This document shows, in pieces, positions 18,306-27,784 of a stretch of 57,284 nt of DNA; position 1 is the stretch's first letter, and the number at the start of each line of letters is the position of its first letter. Below the pieces are notes generated by a model. The model saw only the letters and a list, made by a program, of their open reading frames with translations, was not told the DNA's origin and ran no database searches. The stretch is taken from contig JAGBIA010000015.1 in the NCBI GenBank assembly GCA_017935225.1, positions 1 to 57,284 of the forward strand. Direction: 5' to 3'. The stretch is from Clostridia bacterium (GTDB lineage Bacteria; Bacillota; Clostridia; Oscillospirales; CAG-272). A program made the translations under genes and the position numbers.

Positions 18306-19733
18306 TTAAATATTTTTTGATTTTTTACCTAAAAATTTCTTGAGAATTCCTATCACCGTCGAAAAGATCTCCTTACCGTTATAAAGCGCAAAGATCGCGA
18401 CGATCACGAGCTGAATGATAACACGGTGAGTGAAATTCGGAAGATCGAGAAGCATCAGAACAGTCTGCGCGATTATCAGGACTGTATTTATAACAAGTCT
18501 CGGAATGCAGAGGCTGAATTTCAGATACTTCGAGGTATCTATCGCTCTTATGACGAACGCGGCCATATAGCTTATCGCGGTTGCGACCGCCGCACCCATC
18601 GCGCCAAAGCTTGGAATAAGTGCAAAATTGAGAACTATATTGGTCAGCGCACCGACGCTTGCTGTCACGAAGGATCGCATACTTCTCTTCTCGAGGAAAT
18701 ACACGCTTCCCATAAATGCCGAGAATGCCGAGAATATCATCGCGATGGCAAGCACGGGAACGTACTTCCAGGAAGAATAATAGGAGTCGGCGAGCAAAAG
18801 AGTGGTCAATATCTTCGAGCCCGCAATCAGCACCGAAGTGCCCATAAACATTATTCCCATATAGTTTCGGTAGACCGTGCCGAAGAATTTGGCTCTTTCC
18901 TCTGGTTCTGAGTCGCTGACAGAGGAAAACTGCCAAGCCTCTATAAAGACTCCTCCCGCGAGCGAGATCAGCGTAGGAAGCTTATATGCCGCCGCGTAAA
19001 GTCCGTTCTCTGCCGCGCCTGAGAATGCGGTAACGATAAATCGGTCGCTCGCCGAGGTTATCATCCACATCATCGTCGTGGGGATATAGGGTATGCTGAA
19101 TTTAAGCATACGTGTAAGCAAGCCTTTCTCTTTTCTCTTGAAGGAGATATCGCGGTAGAGCCTGCAGATAAAGAATATTGCCACGGTAATGAGCGTATCC
19201 GCGACAGCCACCGACAGCACGTATCCGAGCACTCCGAGATCGAGCACGACGAGAAAAAGGACATTGAGCAATATCGTAAGCACGGTATTTACAATTCCCT
19301 GCAGTGCGAACGCTTTGGTCTTATCGCAGGCGCGAAGGTAATTCGCGCACACGAGGTGGAGATTTGCCGCGCAGATATAGAAGAGTATCAGCCACACGTA
19401 GCCGTCGTAGATATCCACAAGTCGCAAAAGCTGAATGATAGCCGCGAGCGGCAGAATGCCGATCACCACTACCGAGAGTGCGGTCGTGAACACTTCCTTA
19501 CGGCTCTCGCCCTTAGTGTCAAGAGCGAAACGGAAAAGTCCGTCCGCAATACCGAGAGCGGCAAGCGGAATGAGAAGATTTGCGGTCTGTGTCAGTATGT
19601 CCGCCGTACCGAATTGCTCAGTCGAGAGCAGCAAGGTATAAAGCGGCATAAGTAGGAAAACAAGTACCTTTGAGATAAAGGTACCTGCTCCTAAAATTGC
19701 AGTATTCGAGAGTAACTTCGTATACTTGCTCAT
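18306..19733 (-). CDS. MOP-superfamily oligosaccharide/polysaccharide flippase (Wzx/SpoVB-like)
   Basis: 475 aa with about 14 TM helices. The N-terminal LLSNTAILGAGTFISKVLVFLLMPLYT is typical of polysaccharide biosynthesis (PST) family proteins. Confidence 0.8.
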   Translation of the reverse strand: MSKYTKLLSNTAILGAGTFISKVLVFLLMPLYTLLLSTEQFGTADILTQTANLLIPLAALGIADGLFRFALDTKGESRKEVFTTALSVVVIGILPLAAIIQLLRLVDIYDGYVWLILFYICAANLHLVCANYLRACDKTKAFALQGIVNTVLTILLNVLFLVVLDLGVLGYVLSVAVADTLITVAIFFICRLYRDISFKRKEKGLLTRMLKFSIPYIPTTMMWMITSASDRFIVTAFSGAAENGLYAAAYKLPTLISLAGGVFIEAWQFSSVSDSEPEERAKFFGTVYRNYMGIMFMGTSVLIAGSKILTTLLLADSYYSSWKYVPVLAIAMIFSAFSAFMGSVYFLEKRSMRSFVTASVGALTNIVLNFALIPSFGAMGAAVATAISYMAAFVIRAIDTSKYLKFSLCIPRLVINTVLIIAQTVLMLLDLPNFTHRVIIQLVIVAIFALYNGKEIFSTVIGILKKFLGKKSKNI

Positions 19734-19736
19734 AGA

Positions 19737-20468
19737 TCAATCACAGTTCTCCCAGTTGTGATAAACGTTCATTACGTCATCATCATCCTCGAGCTTTTCA
19801 ATAAGCAAGCCCATGAACTTGATATCATCCTCGGTCTCGAGCGTTACGTAGTTAGAGGGGATCTTATCCTTCTCTGCCGATGCGATGGTGTAGCCTGCAG
19901 CCTCGAGAGACTCCTTGACTGCGTAAAGATCGTCGGGCTCGGTGTAGATCTCAAATACCTCTCCCTCGGATGCGAAATCCTCAGCGCCTGCCTCGAGTGC
20001 GGTCTCCATAAGCTTATCCTCGTCGATATCCTCGTCCTCGTTGGAGATGATGATAACGCCCTTTTCGGTGAAGAGATAGGATACGCAACCTGTCTGGCCC
20101 ATATTTCCGTGGTACTTGGAGAAATATGCTCTTACGTTACCTGCGGTACGGTTACGGTTATCGGTAGTAGCCTCGACGATAACTGCGATACCTGCAGGAC
20201 CGTAGCCCTCGTAAACTACCTCCTCGTAGTTCTCACCTGTAGATCCGAGTGCCTTCTTGATGGTTCTTTCGATATTATCGTTAGGAACGTTGTTGGACTT
20301 TGCCTTGAGGATAAGGTCACGAAGCTTGGAGTTAGAAGCGGGATCTCCGCCGCCCTCCTTAACTGCGATAGTGATCTCCTTACCGATCTTTGTGAAGACC
20401 TTAGCTCTCTGCGCGTCGGTCTTTTCCTTCTTGTGCTTGATATTCGCCCATTTGCTGTGTCCGGACAT
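19737..20468 (-). CDS. YebC/PmpR family DNA-binding transcriptional regulator
   Basis: 243 aa; MSGHSKWANIKHKKEKTDAQRAKVFTK is the invariant family N-terminus. Confidence 0.95.
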   Translation of the reverse strand: MSGHSKWANIKHKKEKTDAQRAKVFTKIGKEITIAVKEGGGDPASNSKLRDLILKAKSNNVPNDNIERTIKKALGSTGENYEEVVYEGYGPAGIAVIVEATTDNRNRTAGNVRAYFSKYHGNMGQTGCVSYLFTEKGVIIISNEDEDIDEDKLMETALEAGAEDFASEGEVFEIYTEPDDLYAVKESLEAAGYTIASAEKDKIPSNYVTLETEDDIKFMGLLIEKLEDDDDVMNVYHNWENCD

Positions 20469-20493
20469 AATTTTACCTCTCTATATTAACTAA

Positions 20494-22209
20494 TTAAATT
20501 TTTTCTGTTTTAGCAAGGCAGATAAGACCAAATGCGTTACCTAGTACGGTCTGTGCTGCACGTGTGAGTGCAAGTCTGGTATTTCTTATCTGCTCGTTCT
20601 CTGCTCCGAGTATGGAGCAATTGTGGTAGAAGCGGTTGTAAGCGCCTGCAACGTCGAGGATGTATCTCGTAACGATCGAGGGCTCATAAGCCGCGATAGC
20701 CTCACGTACGACCTCTTCAAAGCGAGAGAGCGTCTTGAGAAGCGCGGTCTCATCCGCAGTCGTGACAGAGAGCTCTGCGCTCATATCGAGCTCGGGAGAT
20801 TTTGCAAGCACCGAGCAGGTACGCGCGTAGGTGTACTGAACGTAAGGTCCCGTGTTACCCTCGAAGCTGAGCGCATCCTCCATCATAAAGTTGATGTCGC
20901 GGATACGGTTGTTCGAGAGATAGTAGAATACTATCGCGCCAACGCCGACAGCCTCGGATACCTTATCCATATCGGGCAGGTCGGGGTTCTTTTCCTTCAT
21001 TATCGATTCGACCTTAGCGATCGACTCAGCGAAGAGATCGCGCAGAAGGATGACGTTACCCGTTCTCGTCGCGAGCTTCTCTCCGTTAATACTTACCGTG
21101 CCGTAAGGAACGTGGACCAGCTTATCGAACCACTCGTATCCCATCAGCTCAACGACCTTGAACCACTGTGCGAAGTGCAGGCTCTGACCTGCGCTCGTAA
21201 CGTAGATCATCTTATCGAAATCGTAGGTCTCCTTGCGGTATACAGCCGCCGCGATGTCTCTTGTCGGATAGAGCGTCGAGCCGTCGCGCTTGAGAATAAG
21301 GCAGGGTGTCATTCCGTAGGGTTCGAGATCTACGATAGATGCGCCGTCGTCGATCTTGAGAAGTCCCATATCGCGCAGTTTCTGAACCTGCGCAGGCATT
21401 TTATCGGTATAGAAAGACTCGCCCTTGTAGCTATCGAATTCGATGCCGAGCTGCTTATAGGTCTTCTGATACTCGGCAAGGCTGATATCGACGAACCAAC
21501 GCCAGAGCTTGATATTCTCCTCGTCGCCGTCCTCGAGCTTGCGGAACTCTGCTCTTGCCTCGTCGGCGAGTGCAGGATCATCGTTTATAGCGTTGTTGAT
21601 CTTAACGTAAAGCTCAACGAGCGCGTCAACTCCGCCTGCTTCGATCGCCTCTGCGTTGCCCCACTTATGATAAGCAACGATGAGCTTACCGAACTGAGTT
21701 CCCCAGTCGCCAAGGTAGTTGATACCAACGCATTTATATCCTGCGAACTCGTGGAGCTTCTTGAGCGAGTGTCCGATCATCGTCGTTCCGAGGTGACCGA
21801 TGTGGAAGGGCTTTGCCACGTTGGGCGAGGAATAGTCGAGAACTACCGTCTTGCCCTGCCCCATCTCCGTGGGCGCTCCGTACTTCTCGCCCTTTTCTGC
21901 TACCTCGCCGACGACCTTACCTGCAAGGTATGCGCCGCTAAGGTAGATGTTGAAATATCCGTTGAGAGCCTCCGCACGCTCCACACAGTCAGCCTCAAAT
22001 CTTTCTGCAATAGTAGCCGCGATCTTGACGGGTGCCATTCTGAGAAGCTTGCTGAGCTTGAAGCAAGGAAGTGCGAGGTCGCCCATCTTTTCGTCGGGCG
22101 GATACTCGAGCATTTCGCGGACGGTCTCTGCTTCGATAGCCGCATCCGCATTTATAGTCTTAAGGATCTCTGCGATCTTTGCAGAGATAGTCGATTTGAT
22201 CGTGATCAT
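20494..22209 (-). CDS. argS: Arginine--tRNA ligase
   Basis: 571 aa with the class I HIGH motif (SSPNVAKPFHIGHL) and C-terminal anticodon-binding domain features. Confidence 0.96.
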   Translation of the reverse strand: MITIKSTISAKIAEILKTINADAAIEAETVREMLEYPPDEKMGDLALPCFKLSKLLRMAPVKIAATIAERFEADCVERAEALNGYFNIYLSGAYLAGKVVGEVAEKGEKYGAPTEMGQGKTVVLDYSSPNVAKPFHIGHLGTTMIGHSLKKLHEFAGYKCVGINYLGDWGTQFGKLIVAYHKWGNAEAIEAGGVDALVELYVKINNAINDDPALADEARAEFRKLEDGDEENIKLWRWFVDISLAEYQKTYKQLGIEFDSYKGESFYTDKMPAQVQKLRDMGLLKIDDGASIVDLEPYGMTPCLILKRDGSTLYPTRDIAAAVYRKETYDFDKMIYVTSAGQSLHFAQWFKVVELMGYEWFDKLVHVPYGTVSINGEKLATRTGNVILLRDLFAESIAKVESIMKEKNPDLPDMDKVSEAVGVGAIVFYYLSNNRIRDINFMMEDALSFEGNTGPYVQYTYARTCSVLAKSPELDMSAELSVTTADETALLKTLSRFEEVVREAIAAYEPSIVTRYILDVAGAYNRFYHNCSILGAENEQIRNTRLALTRAAQTVLGNAFGLICLAKTEKI

Positions 22210-22246
22210 TAAAACAACTCCTGATTTATCTTTTTACAACTTTATA

Positions 22247-22275
22247 ATTATACTACAAGAAGGGATATTTTTCAA
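22247..22275 (-). promoter_or_regulatory. argS promoter
   Basis: Minus strand reads TTGAAA, 17 nt, TATAAT. The leader is only about 35 nt, so there is no room for a T-box. Confidence 0.6.
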
Positions 22276-22305
22276 GTCCTTATCCCGAATTTATCAAAAT
22301 TTAGG

Positions 22306-23976
22306 TCAATAATTTTCACCCTCGGCTATCATTTCTCTCGCCGCCGCGATCTGCGCGTCGGTTATTTCAATTCCGCCGAGAATTCTTGCGATCTCCTGCA
22401 CGCGCTCCTCGCGGTCAAGATATCTCACCGCGCTCTCGGTCCTGCCGTCCTTCTCGCTCTTCGAGACGAAGACGTGCGAGTTTGCCAAGGAAGCGATCTG
22501 CGCCGAGTGAGTCACGCAGATCACCTGCGCGTCTCTGCCGATCTCTTTGAGCTTGATACCGACCTTTCTCGAGGTCTTGCCCGAGATACCCGCATCGATC
22601 TCGTCGAAAATGACGGTCTCAATTCCGTCCGAGAGGTTGAGCACGTTTTTGAGCGAGAGCATTATTCTTGCAAGCTCGCCGCCCGAAGCGATCTTTGAGA
22701 GCGGCATAAGCTGATCTCCGACGTTGGTGCAGATGAGGAATTCGACCTCGTCACATCCGTGCGCGTTGAGCTGTGAGCCGCTTCCAAGTGAGATCTCAAA
22801 TGTGACCTTGGGCATATCGAGGAATGCGAGCGTCTCGGTGACGCTTGATCTGAGTCCGTGCGCGGCTTTTCTTCGCCTTGCCGAAAGTTCTCTTGCGAGT
22901 TCTCGTGCACGCACCCTGACCTTTTCGAGCTCGTCCTCAAGCTCTGCCTTTCGGTCGTCTGCGTTATCTATAAGCTCGAGCTTTCTGGCGGCATCCGCTC
23001 TGAATTCGAGCACCTCTGCCACGGTCGCGCCGTATTTGCGCTTGACTCGCTCGATCGCGGCAAGTCTACCCTCAGCTTTATCAAGCCTTGCGCTCGGGTC
23101 ACCGTCGCCAATATCCGAAAGTTCTGCGGCGCTTGCGGCGATATCCTCAAGCTCGTATTTCACTTCTGCAAGCCTTGCGGCAAGTTTCTCTGCCTCAGGT
23201 ATCGCATCAGAAATAGATTCAAGCGCGCCCGACGCTCTGTCGGTAAGGTAGATAGCGCCCATCCCCTTGCCGCCCTCAAGTGCCTTCTGAACGAGCAGGC
23301 AACATTTGTTTATGCGCTCAGCCGCACGAAGCTTTGCGACGAGCACCTCAAGTGCCTCCTCTTCGCCCTCGCGGAGCTTTACGGAATCGATATCCTCGAT
23401 CTGAAAAGCGAGCATCTCGCGAAGTCGGGTCTGCTCTCGCGCGTCCTTAGAGATAGAGTCTATCTCGTTCTCAATATGGAGCATCTGCCGATAGACCTCA
23501 GAGTATTTCCCGTGCAGCTCTCCGTTCTCTGCGTATGCATCGAGAATCTCTACGTGATAGAGCGGATCGAGCAGTCTGAGATTATCGTTCTGTCCGTGTA
23601 TACCGAAAAGCCTCGTTGCCGCCTCACGAAGCAGAGTGAGCGTGACGGGCTTGCCGTTGATACGCGCCGAGGATGAGCTTTGAGTTATGGCTCTCGAGAT
23701 CAGCAAACTGCGATCATCAAGTAAAAATCCCATTTCCTCAAGATCTCGGCAGATATCCTCGCTAAGCTCCGAGAAAAGTGCCGTGACCTCTGCTCTGCTC
23801 TCGCCGTTGCGTATCAGCTCCTTATCGGCTCTGCTGCCGAGCAATAGGTTGAGGCTATCGATTATTATTGATTTACCCGCTCCGGTCTCACCGGTAAGCG
23901 CGGTCAAGCCGTGGCAAAGCTCCAAGTCAAGCGTTTTGACGACGGCTACATTCTCAATATGAAGAGACTGAAGCAT
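22306..23976 (-). CDS. recN: DNA repair protein RecN
   Basis: 556 aa with Walker A GETGAGKS at the N-terminus, a long coiled-coil middle and a C-terminal ABC signature/Walker B (SGGELARIML...VIFDEIDAGISG). Confidence 0.95.
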   Translation of the reverse strand: MLQSLHIENVAVVKTLDLELCHGLTALTGETGAGKSIIIDSLNLLLGSRADKELIRNGESRAEVTALFSELSEDICRDLEEMGFLLDDRSLLISRAITQSSSSARINGKPVTLTLLREAATRLFGIHGQNDNLRLLDPLYHVEILDAYAENGELHGKYSEVYRQMLHIENEIDSISKDAREQTRLREMLAFQIEDIDSVKLREGEEEALEVLVAKLRAAERINKCCLLVQKALEGGKGMGAIYLTDRASGALESISDAIPEAEKLAARLAEVKYELEDIAASAAELSDIGDGDPSARLDKAEGRLAAIERVKRKYGATVAEVLEFRADAARKLELIDNADDRKAELEDELEKVRVRARELARELSARRRKAAHGLRSSVTETLAFLDMPKVTFEISLGSGSQLNAHGCDEVEFLICTNVGDQLMPLSKIASGGELARIMLSLKNVLNLSDGIETVIFDEIDAGISGKTSRKVGIKLKEIGRDAQVICVTHSAQIASLANSHVFVSKSEKDGRTESAVRYLDREERVQEIARILGGIEITDAQIAAAREMIAEGENY

Positions 23977-24007
23977 AGGCTCTCCTTTCTACAGCTTATA
24001 GGTGAGA

Positions 24008-24463
24008 TCAGAAGGTCTTCATCAGCTCAGTCAGCGTGCGGCTGAGCTCCGCCGAGCTTTCCTCATCTCTCGTTATGATTATTATGGTATCGTCTCCCGC
24101 GACGCAACCGAGAATGCTGTGCATATTGAGCGCGTCAACGCCCGATGCGACTGCGTTTGCAAGTCCGGGATAGGTCTTGATGACCACGTTATTGAGCGAA
24201 TAGTCGACCTGAATTATCGAATCTACCATCGCATTGTTGAGTTTAACACTTCCCGTGTGCTGCCTTGCGGTGTTTACAGCGTATCTGTAAGTTCCTCTCG
24301 CGGTAAGTGTTTTTGTGAGCTTAAGCTCCTTGAGGTCTCTTGACACCGTCGCCTGCGTGACCTTGAATCCATCCTCGAGCAGACGAGTCATCATATCCTC
24401 CTGAGTCTCTATTTCATATTTTGAAACAAGCTCAAGTATTCTTGCGTGTCTTTGTGATTTCAC
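24008..24463 (-). CDS. argR: Arginine repressor ArgR/AhrC
   Basis: 151 aa with an N-terminal winged helix (RHARILELV...QATVSRDLKEL) and a C-terminal GTIAGDDT-like motif (VAGDDTIII). Confidence 0.93.
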   Translation of the reverse strand: MKSQRHARILELVSKYEIETQEDMMTRLLEDGFKVTQATVSRDLKELKLTKTLTARGTYRYAVNTARQHTGSVKLNNAMVDSIIQVDYSLNNVVIKTYPGLANAVASGVDALNMHSILGCVAGDDTIIIITRDEESSAELSRTLTELMKTF

Positions 24464-24477
24464 TTGTTTTTACCTCG

Positions 24478-25356
24478 TTAAACAAATTTTTTCATTCGTA
24501 TTTTTGAATAAAAGTCATCGTTCTTTATTCGGAGCAGCTTTGCTTTGAGTGCCGATTTAGTGATTATTGCGGTATCTCCAAAGAAAAGATCGAATGTGGC
24601 TCTGCCGTCGACCGTAAGGTGAAGCACCTTTTCTCTTACACAGATATTCTTGACCTCAAGCACCGCGCTGTCCGGGAAGATCAGCGGACGTGCGATCAGT
24701 GAATGCGGACAGATCGGAGTTACGCAGAAGCAGGAAAGCTTCGGATCGATGATCGGGCCGCCTGCCGAGAGCGAATATGCGGTCGAGCCGGTGGGTGTGG
24801 CGATAACCAGACCGTCTGCGCGATACTCGCTGACGAGTCTTCCGTTGTCCGAGAGCTGAAGATCTATGATCCTTGCGGTCGATCCGTTTGCTACCACCGC
24901 TTCGTTGAGCGCGTATGCCGTAAATTTTGAACTGCCGTTATTCGATCTTATCTCAACCCTGAGCATTGCGCGCTCGTCGAGATAGTACTCTCCCTCGAAT
25001 ATTTTTGCTAGCAGATCGAGCTCTGTCATCTCAAGTTCGGTCATATATCCGACGCGTCCCATATTTATTCCGAGTATCGAAATTGATGCGGGAGTGGCAC
25101 GTCTTGCCGCCTCGAGCATTACGCCGTCGCCTCCGATGCCGATGACGAGATCCGAGGACTCGTACACCTCCTCAAGAGATATATAAACAAAGAACTTACG
25201 GTGCATATGCGCGCGCATTATTCTGTCTTTATATTGCAGAGGTATGTAGACCTTATCAACGAATTGCGATAGCTTATCCGCGACGGTTATAGCCGCCGTG
25301 AGCTTCTCTTGTATATTATAATTTGTGACTATTGAGATCTTTTTGATATCACTCAT
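24478..25356 (-). CDS. nadK: NAD+ kinase
   Basis: 292 aa with GGDGVML and the NE..V....TGSTAYSLSAGGPI motifs. Confidence 0.93.
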   Translation of the reverse strand: MSDIKKISIVTNYNIQEKLTAAITVADKLSQFVDKVYIPLQYKDRIMRAHMHRKFFVYISLEEVYESSDLVIGIGGDGVMLEAARRATPASISILGINMGRVGYMTELEMTELDLLAKIFEGEYYLDERAMLRVEIRSNNGSSKFTAYALNEAVVANGSTARIIDLQLSDNGRLVSEYRADGLVIATPTGSTAYSLSAGGPIIDPKLSCFCVTPICPHSLIARPLIFPDSAVLEVKNICVREKVLHLTVDGRATFDLFFGDTAIITKSALKAKLLRIKNDDFYSKIRMKKFV

Positions 25357-25367
25357 TATTAGCTCCC

Positions 25368-26150
25368 TTAAAGTGAGGTAATTCTCTTTATATATTTATC
25401 GTCGATCTTAGGCTCAACGCAACCTTTTTTGATAAAATACGCAAGGTACTCCTTGTTTCCGTCGCCGCCTTCAATAGGCGAGCGGATAAATCCTATGCAA
25501 TCAAATCCATTCTCGACCGCCGAAGTTATGACACGCTTTGCGGCGAGAAATCTGTATGCTGCGCTCGTTACTATTCCGTTTTTGCCAAGCGCCGCCCTGC
25601 CCGCCTCGAACTGAGGCTTGACCAAACTTACGAAAATTCCGCCGTCAACAAGCACACGGCTGACCGAGGGGATTATGTAGGTCTGCGAGATAAAGGAGAC
25701 GTCGGCGACCGCAATATCGCAGTATCCGTCGGTCGTAGCAAGATCCATCTCACGTGCGTTAAAATGCTCGATAGAGCGCACTCTGGGATCGTTCAAAAGA
25801 CTTTCGTGAAGCTGACCGATTCCCGAGTCTACAGCCACGACCTCGCGCGCGCCTCTTTTAAGCAGGCAGTCGGTAAAACCGCCCGTTGATGCGCCGACGT
25901 CGACGGCTTTTTTATGATTTACGTTGATCGCGAAGGCATCGAGTGCCGCCTCGAGCTTCATTCCTCCTCTGCTTACGTAGCGAAAGACCTGCTCGATCTT
26001 GACGTCGTGCTCGACCGTCTCGTTGATCGGTGCTGAGGATTTTTTGAGCTTTACGCCGTCGATAGTAACTGCGCCCGCATCGATAAGATCCTGCGCTTTT
26101 TTTCTGCTTTGGGTATAACCCGCGGCGTGAAGATAAACGTCTGCTCTCAT
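25368..26150 (-). CDS. tlyA: TlyA family rRNA (cytidine-2'-O)-methyltransferase
   Basis: 260 aa with an S4 domain N-terminus and the FtsJ-type SAM motif VDVGASTGGFTDCLL. Same position as yqxC in the B. subtilis ispA-recN region. Confidence 0.88.
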   Translation of the reverse strand: MRADVYLHAAGYTQSRKKAQDLIDAGAVTIDGVKLKKSSAPINETVEHDVKIEQVFRYVSRGGMKLEAALDAFAINVNHKKAVDVGASTGGFTDCLLKRGAREVVAVDSGIGQLHESLLNDPRVRSIEHFNAREMDLATTDGYCDIAVADVSFISQTYIIPSVSRVLVDGGIFVSLVKPQFEAGRAALGKNGIVTSAAYRFLAAKRVITSAVENGFDCIGFIRSPIEGGDGNKEYLAYFIKKGCVEPKIDDKYIKRITSL

Positions 26151-26620
26151 TACATTATAAAGAACATAGCCGCGGCTACCGCGATGCCGAGAAGGAATCC
26201 CATAAATACTTGGAAGGGCGTGTGACCGACAAGCTCCTTAAGACCAGTGTTGATGTCCTCAGCCTTGCCCGAAAACAGCTCTTTTGTTATTCTGTTGAGT
26301 ATTGTTGCCTGCTTTCCCGTCTCGTATCTTACACCAGATGCATCGATCATTACGATGACCGCCAGAACACCTGCGCACGCGAATGCCGCAGAACCGAACC
26401 CCTGAGAGAGTCCGACAGCGCAAGCAAGCGCAACTACTGCCGCCGCGTGTGAGCTGGGCATGCCTCCGGTGGAAAAAAGCAGAGTTGTCAGCGACATTTT
26501 TCTATTCTGAAAAACGCCGGTAAATATTTTTATTATCTGAGCCGAAAGCCAGGCGACTACCGCGCTCATCAGCATATAGTTCCCGAAAAAGTCTTTTACT
26601 GATTGCCAAAAAACGTCCAT
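26150..26620 (-). CDS. Divergent PAP2 / DUF212 (YuiD-like) membrane protein
   Basis: Start set at MDVFWQS (ATG at 26620, GGAGGG RBS). Has the GGMPSSHAA motif and four TM helices. Its stop overlaps the tlyA start by 1 nt. Confidence 0.85.
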   Translation of the reverse strand: MDVFWQSVKDFFGNYMLMSAVVAWLSAQIIKIFTGVFQNRKMSLTTLLFSTGGMPSSHAAAVVALACAVGLSQGFGSAAFACAGVLAVIVMIDASGVRYETGKQATILNRITKELFSGKAEDINTGLKELVGHTPFQVFMGFLLGIAVAAAMFFIM

Positions 26621-26633
26621 TTTCCCTCCGTGG

Positions 26634-27536
26634 TTATTTGTTTCTCTGCAGCAGATACCACGCAAGCTCGCGCAGGGTATCGCTGTTATCTATCGTTTCT
26701 ATCTCCGCTATTGCTTGCTCTGTCAGGCGTTTTGCGTAATCCCTTACAGCGTCTATATCAAAGAAGCTCAAAAAAGTCGTTTTATTGTTGTCCTTATCCG
26801 AAAGTGTCTTTCCTACCACACTCTCGTCCCCGATAACGTCAAGCAGGTCGTCCACCGCCTGAAATGCCACGCCGATGGCTCTTGCATACGCGCAAACGCG
26901 AAGCGTTACCTCGTCGTCGACCTTCTTTCCTGCCGCAAGACAGCCGAGAAGCGCTGAGACCTCGATCATTTTTCCTGTCTTGAGCGAATGGAGTGTGAGA
27001 AGCTCGTCGAAGCTAAGCTCTCTTCCCTCGCCCTCAAGGTCGGTGACCTGACCGCCTATCATTCCTTCGTCACCCGCGGCATTCGAGAGCGCGGCTACTG
27101 CCTCTGCGAGCACGCTTGATGGTACGTTTGCCACTGTAAGCGCCAAAAACGCGTTAGTGAGAAGCGCATCACCCGCAAGTAATGCGTATGCCTCGCCGTA
27201 TACCTTATGGTTCGACGGCTTACCGCGTCTGAAATCGTCATCGTCCATGCAAGGCAGATCGTCGTGGATGAGCGAGTATGCGTGTATCATCTCGACAGCC
27301 GCCGCAAAGGGCATTGACGCGCTAAGATCTGCGCCGAGCATCCTTGCGACCTCGTTGACGAGAAAGGCACGGATGCGCTTTCCGCCGCCGAGCAAGGAAT
27401 ACTTCTCCGCCTGCATTATTATACCGAGGCATCCGCTCTCGCTCTTGTTCTCAAAGAAGTCGGTAAGTGCATTCTCGGTCAGCTCGCAATTCTTTTTGAG
27501 TGCAAGCTCAAGTGAAGTAAATTCGGTCATATTCAT
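26634..27536 (-). CDS. ispA: Polyprenyl (farnesyl/geranylgeranyl) diphosphate synthase
   Basis: 300 aa with the first and second Asp-rich motifs (LIHDDLPCMDDDDFRRG; AFQAVDDLLD). Confidence 0.9.
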   Translation of the reverse strand: MNMTEFTSLELALKKNCELTENALTDFFENKSESGCLGIIMQAEKYSLLGGGKRIRAFLVNEVARMLGADLSASMPFAAAVEMIHAYSLIHDDLPCMDDDDFRRGKPSNHKVYGEAYALLAGDALLTNAFLALTVANVPSSVLAEAVAALSNAAGDEGMIGGQVTDLEGEGRELSFDELLTLHSLKTGKMIEVSALLGCLAAGKKVDDEVTLRVCAYARAIGVAFQAVDDLLDVIGDESVVGKTLSDKDNNKTTFLSFFDIDAVRDYAKRLTEQAIAEIETIDNSDTLRELAWYLLQRNK

Positions 27537-27772
27537 TAGTTATCCATAGGAGCGATATCACGCTCAACAAGCTCGCCGTCAGCAGATGTCGCGAGCATCT
27601 TTATCTTTCTTTCGGTAGCTTCGAGCTTGGAGTTGCACGCCGCCGTGAGCTTAACGCCCTCCTCGTAAAGAGCAAGCGCGCGCTCAAGCGTTACGCCCTC
27701 GCGCGAGAGCTCCTCGCAGATGGCATCAAGGCGCTTCATAGCCTCCTCAAAGCTTAATTCATTTTCCTTCAT
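27536..27772 (-). CDS. xseB: Exodeoxyribonuclease VII small subunit
   Basis: 78 aa; LSFEEAMKRLDAICEELS...LERALALYEEG is typical of XseB. Follows xseA. Confidence 0.9.
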   Translation of the reverse strand: MKENELSFEEAMKRLDAICEELSREGVTLERALALYEEGVKLTAACNSKLEATERKIKMLATSADGELVERDIAPMDN

Positions 27773-27784
27773 AATATCCCTCTA

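Noticed and set aside
20623-22212. 529-aa ORF on the plus strand
   Set aside because: Antisense to argS, which has a clear HIGH motif. Shadow ORF.
22210-22305. Possible T-box leader upstream of argS
   Set aside because: The promoter-to-ATG distance is only about 35 nt, and no specifier or T-box (GGUGGUACCGCG-like) sequence is present.
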